From Thermoanaerobaculia bacterium (GTDB taxonomy: Bacteria; Acidobacteriota; Thermoanaerobaculia; Multivoradales; SZUA-115), in NCBI GenBank assembly GCA_044869955.1, contig JBIOYC010000308.1, forward strand, positions 1 to 63,420: 63,420 nucleotides of DNA, written 5' to 3'. The notes under the pieces were generated by a model, which did no database searches, was not told where the DNA came from, and was given only the letters and a program-made list of their open reading frames with translations. The stretch's first letter is position 1. Every line of letters begins with the position of its first letter. Both the position numbers and the translations under genes were made by a program. Positions 1 to 9,565 of this stretch are shown here, one piece after another.

Positions 1-738
<738 letters not shown>

Positions 739-746
<8 letters not shown>

Positions 747-1404
747 CGTCGCCCATCCCGGCCTCGCCCACCACTTCGAGAGCTACGAGCAGCAGCGCCA
801 GTCTGCTTCGCTCGGAATGTGGGTGTTCCTGGCCCAGGAGATCATGTTCTTCGGCGGGATGTTCCTCGCCTACATGGTCTACCGGTCCCGCTACCCGTTG
901 GCCTTCATCGCCGGCAGCCATCACCTGGACATCACGCTCGGCGCTTTCAACACCGCGGTGCTGATCGGCAGCAGCCTGACCATGGCACTTGGCGTGCGGG
1001 CGGCTCAGCTCGGCCGGCGCAAAGCAGTCGTGCTGTTCCTGATCCTGACTCTGGTCCTGGGCTCGATCTTCCTGGTGGTCAAATACTTCGAGTACAGCGA
1101 GAAGTGGGACCACCATCTGATCCCCGGCAAGCACTTCCACTTCGAAGGCGAAGGCAAGTTCGCGGAGATGCCCCAGGGGCCGATGCAGATCTTCTTCTCG
1201 CTCTACTTCGCGATGACCGGCTTCCACGCCCTACACATGATCGTGGGTGTGATCCTGATCCTCTACATGCTGCGGCCGGCGTGGCAGGGCAAGTACACGC
1301 CCGAGAACCACAACTACGTCGAGGGTTTCGGGCTCTACTGGCACTTCGTCGACATCGTCTGGATCTTCCTGTTCCCCTTGCTGTACTTGATCGGCCGCCA
1401 CTGA
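739..1404 (+). CDS. ctaE: cytochrome c oxidase subunit III
   Basis: A 221-aa polytopic protein with subunit III-like sequence ([40 protein letters not shown]). The TTG start overlaps the subunit I stop by 8 nt. Confidence 0.9.
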
Positions 1405-1414
1405 GGAGCGCGTG

Positions 1415-1714
1415 ATGTCGGTGCACGTCTCGTCCGTCAAGACCTACATCCTGATCTTCTCCGCCCTGATGGTGCTCACCGCGATCACGGTGGGAGCGGC
1501 CTTGTTCGATCTCGGCGCCCTCAACAACGTCGTGATGCTCACCATCGCGGTCACCAAGGCGACGCTGGTGGTGCTCTTCTTCATGCACGTGGCCCACGCC
1601 ACCAAGTTGATCAAGCTGGTGGTGGTGAGCAGCATGTTCTGGCTGCTGCTGTTGTTCGTCTTCACCATGTCCGACTACATGACGCGCGGCTGGCTGGGAG
1701 TCGCCGGCAAGTAA
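1415..1714 (+). CDS. cytochrome c oxidase subunit IV (small bacterial CoxIV/CtaF-type membrane subunit)
   Basis: A roughly 99-aa, 3-TM protein immediately after subunit III. ATG 1415 is preceded by GAGGAG (1404-1409); the track ORF starts at GTG 1412. Confidence 0.7.
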   Translation: MSVHVSSVKTYILIFSALMVLTAITVGAALFDLGALNNVVMLTIAVTKATLVVLFFMHVAHATKLIKLVVVSSMFWLLLLFVFTMSDYMTRGWLGVAGK

Positions 1715-1715
1715 G

Positions 1716-2291
1716 TTGCGGGTCAACGGCAGCCTCCTCGACCTCCTCCTCGAGGTACAGATCCTCGATCGTGTGCCGCGTATCGGCTATCCGATGCGCG
1801 GCGTCGCCGACGCCGAAAGCGTCACCGAGCATTCCTGGCACGTCGTCTTCCTGGTCTGGGCGATCGGTCCGCGGATCAGCGGCCTCGACGTCGGCCGGGC
1901 CATTCAGATCGCCCTCGTCCACGACCTCGCGGAGCTGCGCATCGGCGACCTGCCCCAGGTCGCTTCGCGCTACTTCCCGCCGGGGGCCAAGAAGGCTGCC
2001 GAGTCGGCGGCACTGGATGAGATCCTCGCCCCGCTGCCGGAGGCGAGCCGGGCTCTCTTCGCCGAGTATCTGGCCGGGGAGTCGCAGGAGGCTCGCCTGG
2101 TCAAGGCCTGCGACAAGCTGCAGCTGATGCTCAAGGTGGCGATGTACGAGCGGGGTGGGGCGGGGGGCCTGAAGGAGTTCTGGGGCAACCCGGCGAACTT
2201 CACCGACGGCGGCTTCGCCGAGATCCGCGAGCTGTTCGAGGAGCTGCGGCGGTGGCGTGAAAGCGACCCGGGAAGAGGGTTCCCGGGATGA
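1716..2291 (+). CDS. HD-domain phosphohydrolase (YfbR-like 5'-deoxynucleotidase family)
   Basis: Motifs VTEHSWHV and ALVHDLAELRIGDLP are typical of the HD superfamily. The TTG start lies 2 nt after the preceding stop. Confidence 0.75.
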   Translation: MRVNGSLLDLLLEVQILDRVPRIGYPMRGVADAESVTEHSWHVVFLVWAIGPRISGLDVGRAIQIALVHDLAELRIGDLPQVASRYFPPGAKKAAESAALDEILAPLPEASRALFAEYLAGESQEARLVKACDKLQLMLKVAMYERGGAGGLKEFWGNPANFTDGGFAEIRELFEELRRWRESDPGRGFPG

Positions 2292-2665
2292 ACGCGGGGA
2301 GCCGTTCGATCTGGAAGTGCGTCGCCCTCGCGGCCTGGACCGGCCTGGGGCTGATCGGCTGTAGCGAGGGCGCCGAGGCCGACAAGGCCCGCGCCTACAA
2401 CCTCTACCAGCGCAATTGCGCTGTCTGCCACGGTGGAGACGCCAAAGGGATGCGCGGGCTGGGCAAGAGCCTGATCGACAACCCCTTCGTCAAGGACCGC
2501 GGCGAAGCCGAGCTGGTGGGCTTCCTCAAGACCGGCCGCGACGCTTCCCACCCCCTGAACGAGACCGGCGTCAACATGCCGCCCCGCGGCGGCAATCCCT
2601 CCCTGACCGACGAGGACCTCGCGGCGATCTCACGGCATCTGAAGGGGTTGGCGGGGAATCGCTGA
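2288..2665 (+). CDS. monohaem c-type cytochrome, probable lipoprotein
   Basis: There is a single CAVCH haem-binding motif with a downstream Met region (GVNMPPRGG). The N-terminal signal has LIGC. The ATGA overlaps the upstream stop. Confidence 0.8.
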   Translation: MNAGSRSIWKCVALAAWTGLGLIGCSEGAEADKARAYNLYQRNCAVCHGGDAKGMRGLGKSLIDNPFVKDRGEAELVGFLKTGRDASHPLNETGVNMPPRGGNPSLTDEDLAAISRHLKGLAGNR

Positions 2666-2678
2666 AGCGGGCGCCGGC

Positions 2679-3263
2679 TCAGCGCTCGCCTTCGTCCTCT
2701 GCGTCCTCGCCGCCGCTCGGCGGCTTGAGACCTCTCTTCTCCAGCAGCCGCTCGATGCGCTGGCGGCGCCTCTTGCCGAGCAGGCGGTGGGCGGTGTCCG
2801 AGACGTCGCGCAGGACTTCGCGCAGGTCGTCCGGGCCGCTCCAGTGGCGGCGGGCGTGCGGCTCGAGCTCGCCGCCGAAGACTTGCGACAGCAGGGCCGT
2901 GGCCAGCACCAGGTCGTCGAGGAAGCCCGCGGCGCCGAGCAGGCCCTCGGGGAAGAGGTCCAGGGGGAGGAGGAAGTAGGCCAGCACCGAGCCGATCAGC
3001 GCCCGGGTGCCCCTCGGCACCTCCTTGTCCAGGGCGAGCCGAACCAGGAGGAGGAAGATGTCCGGCACCAACAGGAGGACGCGCATGGCGTCGGCACCCA
3101 GGCGATGACCCTTCTTCTCGAAGGAGCTGAGCACCCGCTTGCGCAGCCGATCGTAGGCGCCGAGCAGGTGCTCCTCTCGCTCGGGCACGGGCAAGGCCTC
3201 GAGGCGAGCGAGCTCCGGATCGTGGGGGCGGGGCTCCGCCGGATCCTGATTCATTCCAAGCAT
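2679..3263 (-). CDS. DUF1232 (YkvA-family) membrane protein
   Basis: The segment LAYFLLPLDLFPEGLLGAAGFLDDLVLATALL matches the DUF1232 signature (PxDxxPD/E...G..DD). Confidence 0.65.
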   Translation of the reverse strand: MLGMNQDPAEPRPHDPELARLEALPVPEREEHLLGAYDRLRKRVLSSFEKKGHRLGADAMRVLLLVPDIFLLLVRLALDKEVPRGTRALIGSVLAYFLLPLDLFPEGLLGAAGFLDDLVLATALLSQVFGGELEPHARRHWSGPDDLREVLRDVSDTAHRLLGKRRRQRIERLLEKRGLKPPSGGEDAEDEGER

Positions 3264-3381
3264 CTTAGCAGTGTCGACCCTGCGGGGCCGACAAGAAGTC
3301 CGGCCAAGACGGGTGCGATAGAGTCAGGCGGCTGAGTCGGCCGCAGATGCCCCCGCCGGCCGCCGATCCGAGAAGAGCACC

Positions 3382-4284
3382 ATGAGCCGCGCCGCCGATT
3401 CGGCCCTGGAAACGGGCCGTCCATCCGTTGCCAGCGACCTCGCCGAGCTGACCAAGTCGCGGATCACCATCCTGGTGGTGGTGACCGCCGCGGCGGGGTA
3501 CCTCCTGGCGAGTGGGGACAGGAGCCTGTGGCAGGCTCATTTCGCCTGGACTCTGCTGGGCACCGGCCTCCTGGCTGCCGGCGCTTCCGCCTTGAACCAG
3601 GTGATCGAGCGGGACCTCGACGCCCTGATGAAGCGCACGATGCACCGCCCTCTGCCGGCGGGCCGCCTGGATCCGGACCTCGCCCTGGGAGTGGGAGTCG
3701 CCCTGGTGGTCGCGGGGCTCGCGGTGCTGGCGCAGACGACCAACCTGCTGACCGCCGCGCTGGGCGCCGCCACCGTGCTCGGCTACCTCTTTCTCTACAC
3801 CCCCCTGAAACGCAAGACCTCGCTGGCCACCGTGGTGGGGGCGGTGCCGGGGGCGATCCCGCCGATGATGGGCTGGGCGGCCGTGCGGGACGACGTGGCC
3901 CTGGGCGCCTGGGCCCTCTTCGGCATCCTGTTCTGCTGGCAGCTGCCGCACTTCCTCGCCATCGCCTGGATGTATCGCGAGGACTACGCTCGTGGCGGCT
4001 TTCCGATGCTGCCGGTGATCGATCGTGAAGGCCGTGAGACCTCTCGCCAGACTGTGCTCTGGAGTGGCGCCCTCCTGCCCGTCTCCTTGCTACCCACCGT
4101 GCTCGGCCTCGCCGGCAGGGTCTACTTCGTAGGGGCCCTGCTCCTCGGGCTGGCCTTCTTCGTGATCGCCTGTGCCTTCGCCATGACTCGCAGCCACCTC
4201 GCCGCCCGCCGTCTGCTCCTGACCTCGGTCGCCTACTTGCCGGCCCTGCTGGCGGTGCTGGCGGTCGACCGTCTCGTGGATTGA
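3382..4284 (+). CDS. ctaB: protohaem IX farnesyltransferase (haem O synthase)
   Basis: A 300-aa polytopic UbiA-type prenyltransferase (NQVIERDLDALMKRT, YTPLKRKT, WQLPHFLAIAW), located in an oxidase cluster. Confidence 0.9.
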   Translation: MSRAADSALETGRPSVASDLAELTKSRITILVVVTAAAGYLLASGDRSLWQAHFAWTLLGTGLLAAGASALNQVIERDLDALMKRTMHRPLPAGRLDPDLALGVGVALVVAGLAVLAQTTNLLTAALGAATVLGYLFLYTPLKRKTSLATVVGAVPGAIPPMMGWAAVRDDVALGAWALFGILFCWQLPHFLAIAWMYREDYARGGFPMLPVIDREGRETSRQTVLWSGALLPVSLLPTVLGLAGRVYFVGALLLGLAFFVIACAFAMTRSHLAARRLLLTSVAYLPALLAVLAVDRLVD

Positions 4285-4288
4285 GGTC

Positions 4289-4912
4289 TTGCCCTTGAGC
4301 TCCCCTGCACGCTCCCCGCACCTCCGACGCCTCTTGTGGCTGGGGCTCCTGGTGAGCCTGGCGGGGGTGATCCTGCTGGCCGTCGTTCGCCGATTCGAGG
4401 ATGACGGCCGCCGGCTGCCCAATTACGGCACCCTGCCCGGCTTCCTCCTCACCAACCGCGACGGCCGCGAGGTGAGCTCGGCGAGCCTCGAAGGCAAGCC
4501 CTGGGTGGCGAGCTTCATCTTCACGCGCTGCCCGGGCCCCTGTCCGAAGATGACGGCGAAGATGGCCAAGCTCGGCGAGCAGTTGCCCCCCGGCTTCACG
4601 CGGGTCAGCTTCTCGGTCGATCCCGAGCACGACACGCCCGCCGTGCTCACCGCCTACGCCGAGCGCTATCAGGCTCCACCTTCCTGGCTCTTCTTGACCG
4701 GCGGCCGGGAGGCGATCTACGAGCTGGCGAACCTCGGCTTCAAGCTGCTCGCGGCACCCGCCGAGGATGCTGCCTCACCAGAAGGGCCCATCCTCCACTC
4801 CACCCGCTTCGTGCTGGTCGATGGTGAGGGCCGAATCCGGGGCTACTACGACGCCTTCGACCCGGTCGAGGAGAACCGCCTGGTGGCCGATGCGGCGGCA
4901 CTCGCGAGGTGA
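4289..4912 (+). CDS. SCO1/SenC-family copper chaperone (thioredoxin fold)
   Basis: An N-terminal TM anchor, the CxxxC motif FIFTRCPGPCP, and the conserved His context ILHSTRFVLVD. Confidence 0.85.
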   Translation: MPLSSPARSPHLRRLLWLGLLVSLAGVILLAVVRRFEDDGRRLPNYGTLPGFLLTNRDGREVSSASLEGKPWVASFIFTRCPGPCPKMTAKMAKLGEQLPPGFTRVSFSVDPEHDTPAVLTAYAERYQAPPSWLFLTGGREAIYELANLGFKLLAAPAEDAASPEGPILHSTRFVLVDGEGRIRGYYDAFDPVEENRLVADAAALAR

Positions 4913-5328
4913 GCATGGACGTTCGTGACTTGCCGGCCGTCAACGCCTTCCTGAACTCCCTGTCCGCGCTCTGCCTGGTGGCCGGCTACCTGTTGATCCG
5001 CGCTGGCCGTCGAGACGCTCACAAGGTGGCCATGATCGCTGCCCTGGCCTGCTCCACGCTCTTCCTCGCCTGCTACCTGGTCTATCACTACCAGGTCGGC
5101 TCGGTCCGCTTCCAGGGCACGGGCACCCTGCGCACCGTCTACCTCACCATCCTCGCCACGCACACCGTGCTGGCCGCCGCGGTGCCGGTCCTCGCCGCCA
5201 TCGTGGTCACCCACGCCGTGCGCCGTCGCTTCGACCGCCACAAGCGCATCGCCCGCTGGGCGCTGCCGATCTGGCTCTACGTGTCGGTCACCGGCGTGGT
5301 CGTCTACTGGATGCTCTACCAGCTCTAA
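4909..5328 (+). CDS. DUF420 membrane protein (CtaM-like oxidase accessory protein)
   Basis: A 139-aa, 4-TM protein whose start overlaps the SCO stop (GTGA). Its size and position match DUF420 genes of aa3/caa3 clusters. Confidence 0.65.
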   Translation: MSMDVRDLPAVNAFLNSLSALCLVAGYLLIRAGRRDAHKVAMIAALACSTLFLACYLVYHYQVGSVRFQGTGTLRTVYLTILATHTVLAAAVPVLAAIVVTHAVRRRFDRHKRIARWALPIWLYVSVTGVVVYWMLYQL

Positions 5329-5517
5329 GCTCGGTGTTCCCGCCCACGAGGCGGCGTCTCAGCTGCCCGGACCAAGATTCGGTCACCGAAATTCCAGTAC
5401 TTCCATAGTTGGCGCCGCTCGTGATGTGAAGAACCATTGTCACGGATCGGGCTCCAGGGGTACTTCTTCCCTATTGAGCGCTCGTCAACGCAAGTTGGAG
5501 TGGAGGTATCCCTTTCG

Positions 5518-6330
5518 ATGCCCGTGCTGGCTGTCGCTAGCTATAAGGGAGGCGTGGGCAAGACCACGGTGGCCCTCAATCTGGCCTTCGCCCTCGCCCA
5601 GCGCGGGTCGCGAGTGCTGCTCGTCGACGCCGATCCCCAGGGGGGCATCGGCAACTCGGTGCAGGGCACCGCGGCGCGAGCCAGCGCGGGGATGACCGGC
5701 TGCCTCGAAGGGCGCTCCACGGTCGCCGACGCGACCTTGCGCACCAGCCTGGAGCGCCTGGGGATCCTGCCCTTCGCGGGCCGGGACCCGGGAGCCGATC
5801 CGGCCGCCGGTGCCACCCTGTTGGAGGACCGCGGTGCCCTCCAGCGTGTGCTCGAGGAGGCGCGCCGGCTGGCGGACGTGGTGGTGGTCGACACCGCCTC
5901 GGGCCTCCACGGGCCCACCCGCTCGGTCGTCGAGCAGGCAGAGGCGCTCCTGGTGCCGCTCCAGGCCGAGCCCCTCTCCCTCCGGGCCACCACCCACCTG
6001 CTGACCTCGGTTGCGGCCCTGCGCAGCGCCGGGGCGAAGGTGGAGATCATCGGCTTCGTGCTCACCATGCTGTCGTCGAAGAGCGACGTCTCCCTGGCCG
6101 TGGCCCAGGAGACCTGGGGCACCCTGCCGTCCGAGCTGGTCCTGATGAGCTTCGTGCCTCGGGACCCCGCCTTCCTCCAGGCCAGCGCCCACGGCGTGCC
6201 CCTGGGCCTGCTGTCTCGGCGCCCGCCGGCGGTGGCGGGAGTCTTCGATCAGATCGCCGCCGAGCTGGAGCCCCGCCTCGGCCTGGTGAAGGAAGAGACC
6301 ATCGATGAACCGATCCCTCTCCTGGTGTGA
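5518..6330 (+). CDS. ParA/MinD-like P-loop ATPase
   Basis: A deviant Walker A ([20 protein letters not shown]) and Walker B-like [11 protein letters not shown] 5518 is preceded by GGAGGT; the track ORF starts further upstream at 5437. Confidence 0.8.
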   Translation: MPVLAVASYKGGVGKTTVALNLAFALAQRGSRVLLVDADPQGGIGNSVQGTAARASAGMTGCLEGRSTVADATLRTSLERLGILPFAGRDPGADPAAGATLLEDRGALQRVLEEARRLADVVVVDTASGLHGPTRSVVEQAEALLVPLQAEPLSLRATTHLLTSVAALRSAGAKVEIIGFVLTMLSSKSDVSLAVAQETWGTLPSELVLMSFVPRDPAFLQASAHGVPLGLLSRRPPAVAGVFDQIAAELEPRLGLVKEETIDEPIPLLV

Positions 6331-6886
6331 GCCCGCCACCCTGCAGCAAGCCCTGTTGGCCGCGGGTCTGGCGGCGAGAACGGAGGGGCCTGCCTGGGCC
6401 AAGCCTCGAGCGACCTCCTCCTGGTGGCAGGCGCCGGCAGCGAGGCCGGTGGTCCCTCCTGGCCTGCAGGTCGAGGCGGAGCCGGCGGTGCGCTTCCGGC
6501 CCTTCGAGACCGCCGATTCGGCCCTTCGCGGCCGGCTGGAGGCCCTGTTCGGCTGGATCGTCGAGCAGACCGGCTGCCGCCGGCTCTTCATCGTCGACGC
6601 CGAGGGTCTGGTGGTCGTCGACAAGAACGCCGACCCGACCCTGGTGGCGATCTCCTCCGCCTTCGTCACCCTGATGGAGAGGATCCATGGCAGCCTCGAC
6701 ACCCCCACACGGACCTCGATCGCCATCGAGGTCGACTCCACTCACTACCTGCATCTGTTAGAGGCGGAGACGCCGCTCGGCCGTTACACCCTCGGCCTGG
6801 TCATCCCCCTGCCCTTGAGGCGGGAGCTGACCGAGGCCTTCCGCAAAGGCCTGACCCTCGCGATGAGCGCCGACGACGAAGCGTAG
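6305..6886 (+). CDS. Roadblock/LC7 (MglB-like) domain protein with low-complexity N-terminus
   Basis: The C-terminal ~110 aa ([35 protein letters not shown]...[21 protein letters not shown]) looks like a Roadblock/LC7 fold. The start is uncertain (ATG 6305 or TTG 6356). Confidence 0.55.
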   Translation: MNRSLSWCEPATLQQALLAAGLAARTEGPAWAKPRATSSWWQAPAARPVVPPGLQVEAEPAVRFRPFETADSALRGRLEALFGWIVEQTGCRRLFIVDAEGLVVVDKNADPTLVAISSAFVTLMERIHGSLDTPTRTSIAIEVDSTHYLHLLEAETPLGRYTLGLVIPLPLRRELTEAFRKGLTLAMSADDEA

Positions 6887-6923
6887 GAGTCGGTACCCGG
6901 AAACCAGAGACGCGGAGGCCCCG

Positions 6924-7736
6924 ATGGCACTACCCAACTACGACCTGCGAGACAAGGCCCAAAACCGTGACTTCCTCGGCTACGTCCAGGGCCTGCCTCT
7001 GCAGACTGTCCTGCAGATGATCGAGATCGAGAAGCGGTCTTGCGTTCTCTACGTCTACACCGAGACCCAGGAGGGACGGCTGGCCTTCGAGCAAGGCCGG
7101 GTCGTCGAAGCGGAGGCCGGATCGCTCTCGGGCGAGGCAGCGGCTTACGAGATCGTGGGATGGCCGAGCACGGACGTCGAGCTGCGCGCACTCGAGGGTG
7201 CGCCCGGCCAGCGGCTCGACCTGAAAGTCAGTGGCATCTTGCTCGATCGACTTTGCCGAGACGACGAGACCCGGCTGCCGGAGCCCGAACCGGTGCTCAA
7301 GCTGGTCGAGCTCGTGCCGTCGGATCTGCCCGGAGAGGGAAAGGAGGAGCTTGAAGTGAATTCGCTTCAGAAGGTTCTCGAGAGTTTCCGCGACGAGGTC
7401 CCGGAGTTCGTCTCGACCGACATCGTCAACATCGACAGCGGCCTGTCGATCGGGGGTGGCTCGGTCGATCCAGAGTTCGACGCCTCGATCGCCGCGGCCT
7501 CGTACGCGGAGGTCGTCAAGGCGAATCGGCGGGCCCTCGACCTCCTGGGCATGGGCGCCGACGCCACGGAAGACATCCTGATCTCGACCGAGAGGGTGTA
7601 CGTGCTGATCCGTCCCATGGGCCACGAGTACTACCACGTGCTGGCGGTGTCCCGGAAAGGGAACCTCGGCCTCGCGCGCGCGATCATGAAGAAGTATGGC
7701 CCCAGGCTCTTGTCGGCCATCGGCGAGCTCGCCTGA
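6924..7736 (+). CDS. DUF4388 (PATAN-type) N-terminal domain fused to a Roadblock/LC7 domain
   Basis: The N-terminus (DFLGYVQGLPLQTVLQMIEIEKRSCVLYV...GRLAFEQGRVVEA...AAYEIVGW) is DUF4388-like. The C-terminus (EFVSTDIVNIDSGLSIGG...VYVLIRPMGHEYYHVLAVSRKGNLGLARAIM) is Roadblock-like. Confidence 0.6.
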   Translation: MALPNYDLRDKAQNRDFLGYVQGLPLQTVLQMIEIEKRSCVLYVYTETQEGRLAFEQGRVVEAEAGSLSGEAAAYEIVGWPSTDVELRALEGAPGQRLDLKVSGILLDRLCRDDETRLPEPEPVLKLVELVPSDLPGEGKEELEVNSLQKVLESFRDEVPEFVSTDIVNIDSGLSIGGGSVDPEFDASIAAASYAEVVKANRRALDLLGMGADATEDILISTERVYVLIRPMGHEYYHVLAVSRKGNLGLARAIMKKYGPRLLSAIGELA

Positions 7737-7799
7737 TCGCATCGGACCGCTCGCGGTGAGCGGCGGACCTGACCACGGTTTCGGGGAGGAGGCTCACCC

Positions 7800-8339
7800 G
7801 TGCACGGCTTCATCATCTCGGAGATCAAGAAGTACGTCGAGACCAAGCTCGGCCGCGAAGCCTGGCCCACTCTGCTGGAACAGGCCGGGCTGGGCAAGAA
7901 GGAGTACGAGAACTTCCTCATGTACCCCGACGAGGAAGTCGTCACCATGGTCGTCACGGCGTCGCAGATCACCGGTCTCGAGGTGTCGGTCATCCTCGAA
8001 GACTTCGGTCTGTTCATCGGCGGCGACCTGATCCGCATCTACAAGCCGCTGCTCAATCCCTCCTGGCGTACCGTCGAGTTTCTCGCCAATGTCGAGGACA
8101 CCATCCACCACGTGGTGCGCACTCGCAACCGTCAGGCCAAGCCGCCGGCCCTGGTCTGCTCCCGCACGGGTTCCAACGAGGTCACGGTGGTCTACCGTTC
8201 ACCACGCCGGATGTGCGCGCTGGCCAAGGGCATCATCCGCGGTGTGGCCGGGCACTACGGCGAGACCGTGGAGATCCGCGAAGCGACCTGCATGACCCAG
8301 GGGGACCCGACCTGTCAGATCAAGGTCCAGGTGAGCTGA
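7800..8339 (+). CDS. stand-alone H-NOX (haem NO/oxygen-binding, HNOB) domain protein
   Basis: The N-terminus MHGFIISEIKKYVETKLG is present. The proximal His context FLANVEDTIHHVV, then AKPP, then the YxSxR motif (VVYRSPRR) align with Tt H-NOX H102/P115/Y131-S133-R135 as I recall them. The GTG start is preceded by GGGGAGGAGG. Confidence 0.8.
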   Translation: MHGFIISEIKKYVETKLGREAWPTLLEQAGLGKKEYENFLMYPDEEVVTMVVTASQITGLEVSVILEDFGLFIGGDLIRIYKPLLNPSWRTVEFLANVEDTIHHVVRTRNRQAKPPALVCSRTGSNEVTVVYRSPRRMCALAKGIIRGVAGHYGETVEIREATCMTQGDPTCQIKVQVS

Positions 8340-8357
8340 GCAGGTCCGCCTCGGGGC

Positions 8358-8957
8358 TCAGAAGTAGTAGACCGACCAGACGTGGAAGGCCACCAGGGCC
8401 AGCAGCAGGCTGACGAACACCGTGTGAGCCAGCAGCCAGGTGGCGCGGAAGGGACGGCGGTGGTTCCGGCTCCCGTCGAGCCTCTCGCCGCGATCCTGCC
8501 GGCGTCCGGCGTGACGCAGCTTGAGGGCCTCGCCCAGCTTGCCCCCCACCCCCACCAGCACCGTGCCCACCAGGCTGGTCAGCAGCAAGCCGTTCAAGTT
8601 CGAGCCCCAACGACCCCCGGTGTGGACGACGATCAGCGGCAGGAGGCCAGCGCCGACGAGGATGTGGAGGACGCGCCAGCGCGCACGGTCTCCCGGCACG
8701 TGGACCTTGTTGCGCTTGACCAGAGCGTAGCCGACCTCGAGCAAGATCAGGCCCAGTGCTACGAAGCCCGTGACCTGCCGGAAGAAGTGGCTGCGGGTCC
8801 AGCGCGCGAGCTGGGCGAGGAGGCTTTCGCCGCCGTTGAGCAGCGCCTGCAGCATCGGCAGCATGGCCAGGACCGTCACTCCCAGCACGACGATCATGGG
8901 CAGCACCCGGAACTCCCAGCGCAGCCTCGGCTTGACCTTGATGGTTGCGGTGCTCAT
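8358..8957 (-). CDS. polytopic membrane protein, putative dihaem b-type cytochrome
   Basis: A 199-aa protein with 4-5 TM helices. Two transmembrane His pairs are each spaced by 13 residues (HILVGAGLLPLIVVH and HTVFVSLLLALVAFH). RBS GGGAGG; it is the last gene of the multihaem operon. Confidence 0.5.
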   Translation of the reverse strand: MSTATIKVKPRLRWEFRVLPMIVVLGVTVLAMLPMLQALLNGGESLLAQLARWTRSHFFRQVTGFVALGLILLEVGYALVKRNKVHVPGDRARWRVLHILVGAGLLPLIVVHTGGRWGSNLNGLLLTSLVGTVLVGVGGKLGEALKLRHAGRRQDRGERLDGSRNHRRPFRATWLLAHTVFVSLLLALVAFHVWSVYYF

Positions 8958-8969
8958 GGTCGGCCTCCC

Positions 8970-9563
8970 TCACGAAAGCGGCAAGGTGATCACGACCCCA
9001 CCGATCACGTCCCCGACCTTGAAGTCCTTGCGCGGGCTCTCGGCGTGGTCGTTGTGGCAGCCGACACAGGCCGGAGAGACGGCGACGTCGGCGTAGACGG
9101 CCATGAAATAGCGCTTGCCGTTGAATTCCTGGATGGTCCGAAAGGGTTTGGTGCGGTCGGAAATGACGGACGAGATGCCCTGCTTCTCGAAGTCGGTCTT
9201 CGGCAGGTTGGCTTTGTTGATCGCCCAGGGGCTGATCAGGGCGTAGCGCAGGCCCACCCCCTTTTCTGAGACCAACTGGGAGCCCATGCGCAGCATCTGG
9301 GCGGGCAGCGGCAGGGCCTTGTCCGCTTCGAAATGCTCGCTGGCCTTGATCACTCCCTCCTTGTTCTGCAGCCGCTGGACCACGCGGTCGGCGTAGACCG
9401 CGCGATCCGCCTCGATGACGGCGTGGATGTAGTCGGCGACCAGCTCGGGTGGAATGCCCGCGGGCGGAGCCGCGGCGGCGTCGCCGCAGTGGTCGAGCAG
9501 CAGCGAGACGGCAACGGCGGCGAGGGCCGCCCGGGTGGTGGCGCGCAGCGTGAAAGTCCTCAT
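8970..9563 (-). CDS. DUF3365 (Tll0287-like) c-type haem protein, secreted
   Basis: A signal peptide MRTFTLRATTRAALAAVAVSLLL and a C-terminal CVGCH haem motif within ...YFMAVYADVAVSPACVGCHNDH..., typical of DUF3365. ATG 9561-9563 is preceded by GGGGGAGG. Only the last 197 codons of the 622-aa track ORF are real. Confidence 0.75.
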   Translation of the reverse strand: MRTFTLRATTRAALAAVAVSLLLDHCGDAAAAPPAGIPPELVADYIHAVIEADRAVYADRVVQRLQNKEGVIKASEHFEADKALPLPAQMLRMGSQLVSEKGVGLRYALISPWAINKANLPKTDFEKQGISSVISDRTKPFRTIQEFNGKRYFMAVYADVAVSPACVGCHNDHAESPRKDFKVGDVIGGVVITLPLS

Positions 9564-9565
9564 GT

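Noticed and set aside
3464-4630. 388-aa minus-strand ORF antisense to ctaB and the SCO gene
   Set aside because: Its composition is extreme Arg/Pro/Gly/Ala low complexity with no motifs. It fully overlaps two genes with clear family signatures, which is a typical GC-rich antisense artefact.
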